Counted from the first letter of the stretch, positions 44,192 through 53,724 are shown. The stretch: DNA of 64,000 bases from an uncultured Methylomirabilota bacterium (GCA_963695995.1 CAVOIV010000029.1:70914-134913), one strand, 5' to 3'. The notes: generated by a model not told the origin, from the letters alone. A program made the numbers and translations.

Positions 44192-44420
44192 AGTTACGGC
44201 CACTTGCCGCGCATTGGCAGGTCCGCCTCGCCTGGTTTCTCGGCCCATACCCCCACAAACCGCCCGAGATTTTGCGCATTTTTCCCGCCGCAATCTCCGG
44301 AAACTTCCCTCGAAAATTCCGGGAATCCACGGATAGGCAGAACCAGGTTGGTAGCCCATATTACGGGTAGAGAGGGGAAATGGAGCAGTGAGGCTGGGTG
44401 GCCGTTGGAGGAAGACTGAA

Positions 44421-44825
44421 GTGAGGCGACTTAGCGTGCTCTTGGTGGACGACAACCCGACCTTCCTGCGCATTCTCGCCCGCTTTCTCGAGGACCAGGG
44501 CGAAGACGATCTGCGGGTGGTGGGGTCGGTCGTCGGCGGTCGGGATGCGTTGGCCGAGGCGGAACGGCTGAAGCCGGATGTCCTGCTGCTGGATCTGGAG
44601 ATGCCGGATGTCCCCGGCCTGGACCTTCTCCCGCGGCTCCGTGAGACCTTGCCCGATGCGATTCTCGTCGCGTTGACCCTCATGGACCCGGACAGTTTTC
44701 GGCCATCCGTGCTGGCGGCCGGCGCGGACGCGTTCGTCTCAAAAGCGAGCCTTGAGCATGACCTGGTGCCGGTCATCCGGCGCCTCGCCCCGCTCGAGGC
44801 TCGGCGCGGCCATTGTCTTTGCTGA
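44421..44825 (+). CDS. stand-alone receiver-domain protein
   Basis: GTG 44421 follows GGAGGA; the track ORF starts at 44388. LLVDDNPTFL.., DVLLLDLEMPDVPG and FVSK are present. There is no output domain. Confidence 0.75.
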   Translation: MRRLSVLLVDDNPTFLRILARFLEDQGEDDLRVVGSVVGGRDALAEAERLKPDVLLLDLEMPDVPGLDLLPRLRETLPDAILVALTLMDPDSFRPSVLAAGADAFVSKASLEHDLVPVIRRLAPLEARRGHCLC

Positions 44826-44890
44826 GTTGCGGACCAGGGAGACCTGACCGGCGAATTACAATCGCACGGCGAAGCTCCAAGGAGGCCCCC

Positions 44891-45433
44891 ATGACGTTCG
44901 TTTCCGTGCCGCCCCTCCGGCTCTTGCTCATCGATGACTCCTCCCCGTTCCGCCAGACCCTGGCCCGATTGCTCCGGGTGGCTGGCCATACGGTCTTTGA
45001 GGCCGAGGCAGGCTCTGCCGGCCTCGCGATCCTCCGCACAAATCCGGTGGATCTCGTGCTCACGGATCGGGATATGCCGGGTTTGAGCGGGTGGGACGTC
45101 GCGCGGCTCGTCAAGACGACGGACCCCCGATTGCCCGTGGTGCTCGTGACTGGCGGAGCCGGAAGCGGTCCGCTTGACCAGAGGACCTCGGCTCCAGTCG
45201 ATGCCATCCTCTGGAAGCCATTCCCGTTCGCCGAGCTGCTGACAATCATCGGCCGCTTGACGACGGGCGCCACCGCCGGTCCCGTCGGTGGCGCGACCGG
45301 CCTGCCGACGGGCGTGACAGAGACAGAACTCAACCAGGAAGGGCATCAGCCTGGCGCACCGGTTGGCGCGGGCGTCGCAACCGGCCACTCGTATCGGCGG
45401 ATGCGGAGCAGCATGGCCACAAGCGGGAGGTGA
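44891..45433 (+). CDS. stand-alone receiver-domain protein with Gly/Thr/Pro-rich tail
   Basis: ATG 44891 follows AAGGAGG. LLLIDDSSPF.., DLVLTDRDMPGLSG and LWKPF are present, followed by about 55 aa of low-complexity tail. Confidence 0.75.
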   Translation: MTFVSVPPLRLLLIDDSSPFRQTLARLLRVAGHTVFEAEAGSAGLAILRTNPVDLVLTDRDMPGLSGWDVARLVKTTDPRLPVVLVTGGAGSGPLDQRTSAPVDAILWKPFPFAELLTIIGRLTTGATAGPVGGATGLPTGVTETELNQEGHQPGAPVGAGVATGHSYRRMRSSMATSGR

Positions 45434-45436
45434 GTC

Positions 45437-46076
45437 ATGGCGACGATCTTGATCGTGGACGATGAAGAGTCGATGGCCTGGGTTCTGGCGCACTTGCTGC
45501 GCACGGACGGGCACACGCCCATCATCGCCTCGAACGGCGAGGCGGCGATCCGCGAGGCGCGCGCGCACCCCGACCTGATCCTGCTCGACCTGGGGTTGCC
45601 GGACATCCCCGGCGAGGAAGTCCTCACGCGTCTCAAGCGACAGCCGGAGACCGCCCGAATCCCGGTCGTGGTCGTTTCCGGCCAACCGGACGCCGCGGCC
45701 ATCGTCGCCGAGAGCGGGGCCAACGCGCGTGGCGGCCATCCTGAGGAAGCCGGTGTCGTTCCCGGAGCTCCGCGCGGTGGTGGACGCCGTGCTGGACGCG
45801 CCCGCGGGGTGGGAGGAGGGGACGGGACCCGCAATCCAGGATCAGCGCGTCCGGCTTATCTATCGCCTCGTTACCGAGGGCTCCAATGCCCTGGTCCGCA
45901 AGGTCTGCCTGCGTCTCGACGCGGACCGGACGCAGCCGCGGAGGTCCGCAGCGCCGGAAATCCCCAGCTGGACGGACCTGGCGCGCCTCGCCAAGCGGGA
46001 GGGCCTCCTGAGCGATGCGGAGGCGACCCTCCTGGCTCCGGAACCCGCGGGCCTGGTCGCGGCCCACTACGCCTGA
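45437..46076 (+). CDS. receiver-domain protein with unassigned ~85-aa C-terminal domain, one frameshift
   Basis: ILIVDDEESM.. and DLILLDLGLPDIPG are in the first frame. The continuation ..AILRKPVSFPEL.. plus the C-terminal domain is in the 45729..46076 frame, with the junction at about 45725. Confidence 0.7.
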
Positions 46077-46116
46077 AGAAGCCCTGGCGCCGCGTGGCGC
46101 ACGGGCAGCGCACCGC

Positions 46117-46419
46117 ATGAGCGTTACCGAGGAGACCGGTATGGCGACGATCGTGACGTACACCGACCACGAGCCCGTGAGCAACCAGTATCCGGAACGG
46201 ATCGTCTCTCCCTGTCGGCCTGGCGCCTGTTGCTTCACCGATATGGAGGAGGTCGGGACAGCCCAGCAAGACGGGCGCTGGATATTCCAATACCGGCGCT
46301 GTCGCAAGTGCGGGTTCTCGGTCCGTCTGATTCTTCGGGAGATTCCCGACACCGCTCTGGCGGAGGAATTGCGTCGAATCCTGGCCAACTCTTTCGTTCG
46401 GAACGTCCCGGATATGTAG
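46117..46419 (+). CDS. hypothetical 100-aa Cys-rich (zinc-ribbon-like) protein
   Basis: ATG 46117. CRPGACC ..(25 aa).. CRKCG. No family is recognised. It is embedded between response-regulator genes. Confidence 0.5.
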   Translation: MSVTEETGMATIVTYTDHEPVSNQYPERIVSPCRPGACCFTDMEEVGTAQQDGRWIFQYRRCRKCGFSVRLILREIPDTALAEELRRILANSFVRNVPDM

Positions 46420-46516
46420 ACGGGGGAGACCCAAGCCGCCTGCCGGTGCGAAATCCGCCATGGTGCAGCCAGACCGGCAGGCGCTGTAGACGTTGTCGAG
46501 CACGTCGGGAGATCTT

Positions 46517-47242
46517 ATGAGTGATTCCGCCCGCATTCGCGTCATGCTGGTAGACGACCATGCCCTCGTGCGAAAGGGACTCGCCAATCTCCTCCGCGCC
46601 GAGCCGGACTTCGAGGTGGTGGGCGAGGCCGGTGACGGCGTGGAGGCCATCGCGAAGGCGCCCGCCTTTCGGCCGGACATCATCCTCATGGATGTGCGGA
46701 TGCCCCGGATGAACGGACTCGACGCGACCCCGCGCATTCTCGAGACGCTCCCGGCCGTGAAGATCGTGATGCTCACCGTCACGGAGGACGAGGACGCCGT
46801 GTTTGACGCGGTGAAGAGGGGGGCGCAGGGGTACCTGCTGAAATCGATCGAGCCCCAGACGCTCTTTGACTTGCTGCGGGGCGTCCTGCGCGGTGAGGCC
46901 GCCCTGTCCAGCGGCCTGGCAACCAAGATCCTGCTGGAGTTTGCTCGCCAATCGCGGCGTCCAGCGGAGACGGTTTCCCCGCTGGCCCAACTGAGCAGCC
47001 GCGAGCAGGACGTCCTGGCGTTGGTCGCGGATGGGAGGAGTAACAAGGAGATCGCGACGGTCCTCGACCTCGCCGACAACACGGTCAAGAACTACGTCAA
47101 GAACATTCTCGAGAAGCTTCACCTGGAGAATCGCGTGCAGGCCGCGGTCTTCGCCTTCGAAGAAGACCGGGCGAGCACCTCGAACGGCAAGCCCCCCAGA
47201 ACCGCGGCGCCTCCTACCCCCTCCTCCGCGGGCCGCGGTTGA
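46517..47242 (+). CDS. NarL/FixJ-family response regulator (receiver + LuxR-type HTH)
   Basis: Intact 241 aa from ATG 46517. [13 protein letters not shown].., DIILMDVRMPRMNG and LSSREQDVLALVADGRSNKEIATVLDLADNTVKNYV are present. Confidence 0.9.
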   Translation: MSDSARIRVMLVDDHALVRKGLANLLRAEPDFEVVGEAGDGVEAIAKAPAFRPDIILMDVRMPRMNGLDATPRILETLPAVKIVMLTVTEDEDAVFDAVKRGAQGYLLKSIEPQTLFDLLRGVLRGEAALSSGLATKILLEFARQSRRPAETVSPLAQLSSREQDVLALVADGRSNKEIATVLDLADNTVKNYVKNILEKLHLENRVQAAVFAFEEDRASTSNGKPPRTAAPPTPSSAGRG

Positions 47243-47353
47243 CGGCGGGGTGTGTACCCGGAGCGCACATGGTCCGGACCGGTCGGAGCAAGAGCGGCAT
47301 TCGTGCGTCCGCACACCCCGCGGGTGACCCTTCCGAACCCAGGAGGTGATCAT

Positions 47354-47644
47354 ATGCCTATCGGTGAGTCGGTGATGCATGAGAGTAATGTCCGCCTGAG
47401 CCACATCCGGCGATCCCCTGGTACGCCGGGGCGTCTCCTCAAGCATCTGCTTCATTGGGGCGCATGGCTGAATTACCTCATCAGCGTCGTCGCCCTGACC
47501 GCGGGGATCACTGCTGGTTGGCGCTTCGCCGAAATCGGCTTCGACCTCATGTTGAGGAATGTGTCCGGGGAGGCGGTCCAGGAGCAGGTCATCAAGAAGA
47601 TTCCCGCCTGGATCTTCGTGTACAAGGGGGTCAAAACGTGGTGA
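47354..47644 (+). CDS. hypothetical 96-aa membrane protein
   Basis: ATG 47354 follows AGGAGG. There is one hydrophobic segment (WLNYLISVVALTAGITAGW), and the gene is followed by a strong terminator. Confidence 0.5.
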   Translation: MPIGESVMHESNVRLSHIRRSPGTPGRLLKHLLHWGAWLNYLISVVALTAGITAGWRFAEIGFDLMLRNVSGEAVQEQVIKKIPAWIFVYKGVKTW

Positions 47645-47743
47645 GCGGTGCCGGACCGGTGCACGGCGCGGGGACGGCTGGCGCGCGCGTTGCCCGCGGG
47701 GAGGTTTCCCCAGTCCGACGATGAGGTTCAGGTGAAAGAAAAC

Positions 47744-47772
47744 GGGTTGCGGCCTTCGCCGCAACCCTTTTT
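47744..47772. terminator. bidirectional intrinsic terminator
   Basis: The stem is GGGTTGCGGC-CTTC-GCCGCAACCC, flanked by AAAA on the left and TTTTT on the right. It lies between the + strand ORF end (47644) and the 3' end of the minus-strand tRNA-Ala (47780). Confidence 0.8.
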
Positions 47773-47778
47773 AGGAAC

Positions 47779-47855
<77 letters not shown>

Positions 47856-47881
47856 AGACCCTTCCCAACGTTGGGGACGTA

Positions 47882-47910
47882 ATAAAACCATGCGGGCGCA
47901 CAGGCGTCAA
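47882..47910 (-). promoter_or_regulatory. candidate sigma70 promoter of tRNA-Ala
   Basis: On the minus strand: TTGACG (47905-10), 17-nt spacer, TTTTAT (47882-87), about 26 nt upstream of the tRNA 5' end. Confidence 0.45.
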
Positions 47911-47924
47911 GCGAAAAATCCCCC

Positions 47925-48255
47925 CGCCTGCTCATCACCCCGCCCGTCCTGTGCACCTGTCCTCTGTCTGTTCTGCCTGCTGCAACCTGCCAGCTTTTCA
48001 TCACCCGTCTTTCCCCAATTGACCAGGTGCCCCTCCTCCCTGCGCCTTCCGGTCGGGGTTCGGCTGACCGCTGAACGCTGACTGCTGACCGCTGTTCTCT
48101 GCTGTGTGCCCCCTGCCAACTGTCATGCTGCCAGCTGCCAGCTATTCATCATCCGTCTTCCCCAATTGACCAATTGCCTAATCGACCAATCGCCCCCCGC
48201 TTCCCTTCGCTTGCCGCTCGCTGCCAGCTGCCAGCTGCCGCCTGCCAGCTAGCCT
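47925..48255. repeat. large heptad-periodic, pyrimidine-rich repeat field
   Basis: It contains GCTGACC GCTGAAC GCTGACT GCTGACC GCTGTTC (48063-97), GCTGCCAGCTGCCAGCT (48127-43), CCCCAATTGACCAATTGCCTAATCGACCAATCGCC (48160-94) and CTGCCAG-type runs (48221-50). There are two copies of a ~42-nt composite unit at 47987-48027 and 48135-48176. Confidence 0.8.
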
Positions 48256-48728
48256 CTCCCCGGTGTCTCCATTCTCGTTGCCCAGCGTCTCCTTTCGGCG
48301 ACAGCAGCGGTGCCATCGGCGCCAGGCTCGTCGAGGCCCGCGGTCGATCCTCGCGCTCCGTAAACGGGTCGTGGCGCGAGGTTTCGGAGACGAGGCTCGG
48401 CGGAATCGTGGTCGGGTAGCAGACGGTACGGCAATTGCCTCGTCTTTCGGAAGGCGCGCCACGCACAGGAGGAGCTTACAGGTGTTGGCCACGGCGGACC
48501 TTGTGGTCCTGGTCCTACGGGTGTTGCCCGGGAAGATCCGCGAGTGGCTGAACGCGGAGCGGAACCTCCCTGGGAAAAGAAAGGACGAGGCGGGCACGTC
48601 TGACTCGGCGCGCGAGCATTGGGGATCTGGATAAGCACGGTGGCCGGCGGGAAACGCTTGCTCTTTCGCGGCCTGCGAAACGACGGTGCGTGACGAAATG
48701 CTGGAGAGGAGGTGAGGTGTCTGGGGGG

Positions 48729-48860
48729 ACCAAGGAGGCTGATTCCTCGGAAAGGCGAAACGGCACGGATGAAGCGATCTCAAAGAGTAGATGGAAGGAG
48801 GCTTCACATGAAGAAGCTGGCCGTGTTGATGATTATACCCGCCTTGGTCATGTTAATGGT
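48729..48860 (+). repeat. duplicated 5' leader + signal-peptide module, copy 1
   Basis: ACCAAGGAGGCTGATTCCTCGGAAAGGCGA..GGAAGGAGGCTTCACATGAAGAAGCTG.. aligns at roughly 75% identity with 49532-49660. Confidence 0.65.
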
Positions 48861-49385
48861 TCCGGCGCTGGCATCGGCGAATTGGTACTACTGGTGGGGC
48901 ATCCAGGGGAACTGGGAGATGAGCGCTTCGGGCAGCTGTCTCCATTCATCGTTGGCGTACACAAAAGAGAATGGTAAGTGGACCGCTCCCAGTGATTCTA
49001 GCGTCTATGCCGGTGTTACCGTGGCCAACGGTACGTGGATTTTCAAGATACTAACGGTGGGGGAACGTATTCACAGAGGATCTACGCCACGATCTTGCCG
49101 GGCGGCGCCGCTTCCATGAATGGCGTCGCCGTACCTCTCGAAGTGCGTGTAATCCCTCCACTATCGGTCGCGGAGCCACCGCCCGTGGAGTTCACCTACG
49201 AAATCACGTCTTCCGGGGATATCACAGTGACTGAGACTGTTAGCGGTATCAAGCATTACGGAAATATTTCAAAGGACATGAACAGCATGACACTCCTCAC
49301 TGCCAATAATGTTCAGCTTTTTGGGAGCAACTTCTTGTATACGATCTGTAATACCGCGCGCACCCTGATCAAGGTGGGCCATTAG
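48808..49385 (+). CDS. hypothetical secreted protein, one frameshift
   Basis: ATG 48808 follows GGAAGGAGG. The signal peptide is MKKLAVLMIIPALVMLMVPALASA. The mature part continues in the 49035..49385 frame, with the junction at about 49040. The region is noticeably lower in GC. No family is recognised. Confidence 0.55.
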
Positions 49386-49421
49386 AGGCAACGCGGACGA
49401 GCGGCGATTGTTAGGGCCTGT

Positions 49422-49451
49422 CACGAGCGCCAAGGAAACTTGGCGCTCGTG
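49422..49451 (+). terminator. perfect 13-bp hairpin downstream of the secreted-protein gene
   Basis: CACGAGCGCCAAG-GAAA-CTTGGCGCTCGTG, with no T run. Confidence 0.55.
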
Positions 49452-49531
49452 CATCTCCGCCGAGTGCGTGGAGACGGCGTCTGACGAACTGTTGGAAAAG
49501 ACGTGACGTCCGGTGGGCTAATCGCATCGGA

Positions 49532-49660
49532 ACCGAGGAGGCGCATTCTTCGGAAAGGCGACACCACACGTAGTAAAGCGGTCTCATAGAGCAGGAAGGA
49601 GGCTTCAGATGAAAAAGTTGTCTGTGTTCCTGATGATACCCCTCCTAGCCATGTTTATGG
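49532..49660 (+). repeat. duplicated 5' leader + signal-peptide module, copy 2
   Basis: ACCGAGGAGGCGCATTCTTCGGAAAGGCGA..GGAAGGAGGCTTCAGATGAAAAAGTTG.. See copy 1. Confidence 0.65.
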
Positions 49661-50579
49661 CGGCGGCCCTGGCCGGCCTAACTGTCTCGGCAGCATCAGC
49701 CGATGAGAAGCGATTCTCGGACTGGTCCGCGCCAGTTAGTCTTGGCGATATCGTCAACTCCGCGTACTACGATGCCTGCCCGACCATTTCAAAAAGTGGA
49801 CTGAGCCTCTACTTTCGATCGAACCGGCCTAACCCTAACGGCGCCCAGGGCAACTTCGACATCTGGGTGTCCCAGCGCGACAGCCTTGAGGACCCATGGG
49901 AAGAACCGATCAATCTTGGTCCGACGATCAATGGGCCATCCAACGAGTTCTGCCAGCACCTTCTCGGCCGACGGACACTGGCTGGTCTTCGTAAGTGACC
50001 GCCCGGGAGGATGCGGTGGGCAGGACCTGTGGATTTCGCACCGGAAAGACAAGCGCGACGATTTCGGTTGGGAGCCACCAAAGAACCTCGGATGCACCGT
50101 CAATAGCTCCGCGCCTGAGAGCGGCCCGTTTCTCTTTGAAGACGAGGCCAGCGGCAAGACTCTGCTCTATTTCAACAGTGCCCGTTCAGGCACAAGCGTC
50201 GATATCTATGCCAGCGCGGCGGTCTTTGGGACGAAGGATACCTTCGGGCCGCCCAGTCCCGTCGCGGAACTCAATAGCAGCGCGAACGATTTTCAGCCGG
50301 TCCTCCGTAGAGACGGCTTGGAGGTCATCTTCGCGTCGAACCGCACCGGGACAATCGGGTTGGCAGATCTGTGGGTTTCGACGCGCAACAGCACCCCGGG
50401 ATCCATGGTCCGTACCTGTGAACCTGGGACCGGTGGTGAACTCAGCCGGTGAGGAATTTCACCCGACGCTGTCCTCTGACGGAACTACCCTGATCTTCGC
50501 GCATTCTGACTTAGTGATACCGCTTGGCAACGCGGACCTGTTCATGTGCACCCGAAACAAGCTTCACGGTCACAAGTGA
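49609..50579 (+). CDS. secreted TolB-like beta-propeller (PD40/WD40-like repeat) protein, two frameshifts
   Basis: The signal peptide is MKKLSVFLMIPLLAMFMAAALA. PD40-like units recur (P.IS.SGLSLYFRSNR..G..DIWVS; FSADGHWLVFVSDR..GGQDLWIS; VLRRDGLEVIFASNR.G..DLWVS; LSSDGTTLIFA). The junctions are at about 49955 and 50395. The region is lower in GC. Confidence 0.65.
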
Positions 50580-50911
50580 TCGGTTATTCCGCTGGCGGCA
50601 TCTCAGAACGGTGTCGCCAGAGTGCATTGCAAGAAACAACTCTTCGGTCCTCTGGACCTCCTCGCCGAGGTCAGTGCCAGAGGGGGGATTGCCTAGGACA
50701 TTCATCCTTGACAATGCGGCCAGGTGAGGACTAACGTCCCGCTCGGAGACCCCCTCCTCACACACGTCCGGCCCTGCGCGAGGCGAGAGCGGTGATGAAT
50801 GGGCCTCGGACAGCCTCTAGCGCCCCCGTCGGCCATCTCCATGGCCAGCGGGGGCGCTTTGTCTTTGCGGAGTGTACGAAAGGGGCGTGTTGCGAAAGAT
50901 TCTCGAAACGA

Positions 50912-51954
50912 ATGGATGTCGGCGGGAAGCTCCGCCAAGCGGTGCTAGGCATTCTCCTCGTCCTCAGTCTCCTCGCGGTTCCGGTACTCTCCCTTGGACA
51001 ACAGCCGGCGAAGGTCTATCGGATCGGGTGGCTCGCGACGGGCACTTATGGAACAGACCCGCGGAGTTGCCCGCCCAAGGGCAATGCATTCTGGCAGACA
51101 TGGATCGAGGCATTGCGGGAGCGCGGGTATATCCAGGGCCAGAACCTCGTCGTCGAGTGCCGGTATACGGAGGGGCGGGACGAGCGAGCCCAAGCCTTCG
51201 CGGCTGAGCTCGTGAGTCTCAAGGTCGACCTCATCGTCGCCAGCGGTACCAACCAGGTCCGTGCGGCCAAGCAAGCCACCAGCGCGATCCCCATCGTCAT
51301 GCATAGTGTCATGGAACCCGTCAGGAGAGGGCTTGTCGCCGGCCTCGCACGCCCAGGCGGCAACGTCACGGGGCTGACGGAGAGTGCCGGGATGGAAATC
51401 TATGGGAAGTATCTCCAGCTCCTCAAGGAGGCCGTCCCCACTGTCTCCCGCGTCGCTGCCCTCAGGTATTCGGGCGCCTCGTATGATCTTGACTTTGGGA
51501 GGGAGACCTACAGAGAGATGGAGGCAGAGGCGCGAGCGGCTCGGCGTGCTGCTGCAGTCCTACGGCGTCCAGCAGTCCCGAGGAGCTGGAGGGCGCCTTT
51601 GCCGCGATGACCAAGGCGAGGGCGGAGGCACTCCTCGTGGTGCCGCACCCCTCTTTCGCGACTCATGCTCAACGGATCGTCGATCTCGCCGCACGGAGCC
51701 GGCTGCCGGCCATGTACCCCGACAAAACGCACGTCGAGATCGGGGGGCTCATGGCTTATGCGGTGGACCTCCTTGACACCCCGCGGCGCCTGGCTGAGTA
51801 CGCGGACCGAATCCTCAAAGGGGCCAAGCCGGGCGATCTTCCCGTGGAGCAGCCGACCAAGTTCGAGTTGATTCTCAATCTCAAGACCGCCAAGGCCCTC
51901 GGACTGACGATCCCTCCAACGCTGCTCATCCAAGCGGAGGAGGTGATCCGGTAG
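50912..51954 (+). CDS. ABC_sub_bind-type (PF04392-like) periplasmic binding protein, two frameshifts
   Basis: ATG 50912 with a signal peptide. KVYRIGWLA.., VDLIVASGTNQVRAAKQAT.AIPIV, GGNVTG and the C-terminal GAKPGDLPVEQPTKFELILNLKTAKALGLTIPPTLL are present. The junctions are at about 51530 and 51570. Confidence 0.75.
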
Positions 51955-51956
51955 TA

Positions 51957-52089
51957 GGCTGCTGAAAAAGGCCCATCGATTGACAAATTCGAAGTTCGAA
52001 TTTCGAAATCCGAATTTGAGCGACGGATGAAGATCAAGCACCAGGACCTTTTTGAGCAGCCTGGACAAGGGAAGCTTTTCAACAGCCTG
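51957..52089 (+). mobile_element. MITE-like palindromic repeat element, copy 2 (variant interior)
   Basis: It has the same termini as copy 1 (GGCTGCTGAAAAAGGCCCATC at 51957; GGACCTTTTTGAGCAGCC at 52044-61) and the same tail motif. The interior is replaced by AT-rich TTCGAA-palindrome repeats. It starts 3 nt after a stop codon. Confidence 0.6.
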
Positions 52090-52115
52090 ACGCAGCGGAT
52101 TGTCGAGGAGTCGCC

Positions 52116-53562
52116 ATGAATGCCGCTGGCCCGTTGGTCTTGGTCGTTGACGATGATCCGACCGCGCGGCGGATGCTGGATGTCCGCATGCGTGCGCTGG
52201 GATGCCAGGTGGCCATGGCGGAGACGGGTCGGGAGGCCCTCGCCGCCATGGAACGCGACCTGCCGGCCGTCATGCTGCTCGATCTCCAGATGCCGCAGAT
52301 GGACGGCATGGAAGTCCTCCGGGCCCTGAACCGCGAGGGCGTGGACGTTCCCACGATCGTGATCACCGCGCACGGCACCATCGACACCGCCGTCGAGGCC
52401 ATGAAGGAGGGGGCGGTTGATTTCATCCTGAAGCCCTTCGATCCGCAGTATCTGGAGATTGCGGTGCGCCGCGCCCTGGAGCGGCGGCAGCTCCTCGATT
52501 CCAATCGGCTCTTCCGCGACGCGCTGGCGGCCCGGTCCGCGAACATCCTCGGAGAGGGCCCGCTGATCCGGGCGGCCATCCAGACGGCGCAAAAGGCGTC
52601 CGGCACGAATTCCACCGTGCTGCTCCTTGGCGAGAGCGGCACCGGCAAGGAGGTCTTCGCCCACACGATCCACCAGTGGAGTCCGAGGCGGGACAAGCCG
52701 TTTGTCGTGGTCAACTGCGTCGCGCTGTCCGAGCACCTGCTGGAGAGCGAGCTGTTCGGCCACGAGAAGGGCGCGTTCACCGGAGCCCACCAGGCGAAGA
52801 AGGGGAAGTTCGAGGCGGCGAACGGGGGGACGGTCTTCCTCGACGAGATCGGGGACATGCCGCTGAGCCTGCAGACCAAGCTGCTGCGGGTCCTGCAAGA
52901 CCACGAATTCGAGCGCGTCGGCGGCACCCGGCCCCTCTCGTCGGATATCCGCGTCCTGGCCGCCACCAATCGCGATCTCGACGAGACGGTGCGGGCGGGG
53001 CGGTTTCGGGCCGATCTCTTCTATCGGTTGAACGTGATCCGGATCGTGCTCCCACCGCTCCGCGACCGCCGGGAGGACATCCCGGCGCTCGCCCAGCACT
53101 TCATGGCGCGGTACGCCGCGGAGACGAAGCGACCCGTGCGCCGGATCGCGGCAGAGGCCATGGATCTTCTCACGCGGTATCACTGGCCCGGCAACGTCCG
53201 GGAGCTTGCGAATACGATGGAACGCGCCGTGGTCCTGTGCGCGGGCGACGACGATCACCGCCGCCGATCTCGCCTTGCCGGGGACCTCAGCCGCCCTCCC
53301 GGTCCCACGACTCCGTTCCCGTAGAAGACGGCCGACGGATTCCACGATCAAATCAATAGCCTACCGGCGGCAGGTCCTGGTGGGCGCCCTGCGACGAGCG
53401 AACGGGAATCACACCCAGGCCGCCAAGCTTTTGGGGCTGAATCGCACCTACCTCTTGCGGCTCCTGCAAAAACTCCATATCCCCGGGGAGCTGGAAAACG
53501 GGACCCTGACGCCTTCCCGGGATGCAGAGGCTCCCGCGCCTGCGCCATCCGACGCGCGCTAA
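52116..53562 (+). CDS. sigma54-dependent NtrC-family response regulator, one frameshift
   Basis: The receiver ([12 protein letters not shown].., [13 protein letters not shown]) is followed by an AAA+ domain ([28 protein letters not shown], and [11 protein letters not shown] in the arginine-finger region). The C-terminal Fis-type HTH ([25 protein letters not shown]) is in the 53206..53562 frame, with the junction at about 53245. Confidence 0.9.
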
Positions 53563-53710
53563 CAGGATGCTGAAAAACTCGATTTCCCCAGGCTGCTCAA
53601 AAAGGTCCAGATGCAAGGCGGCACGCCGACGCTCGAGCGAGGCGTACTGGAAGTACGTCGCAGCGAGTGTCGAGACGGGCCAACGCTGCGATGGGCCTTT
53701 TTCAGCAGTC
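53563..53710 (-). mobile_element. MITE-like palindromic repeat element, copy 3 (inverted relative to copy 1)
   Basis: The reverse complement of 53591-53710 aligns end to end with 25158-25278 (GACTGCTGAAAAAGGCCCATCGCAGCGTTGGC...GGACCTTTTTGAGCAGCC). The tail motif is at 53563-90. It starts 1 nt after the ntrC-like stop. Confidence 0.65.
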
Positions 53711-53724
53711 GGCCAGGTGATTCC

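Noticed and set aside
47925-48255. A CRISPR array as an explanation for the repeat fields.
   Set aside because: The repeat unit is 7-8 nt and contiguous, with no unique spacers of 25-40 nt and no cas genes in the window.
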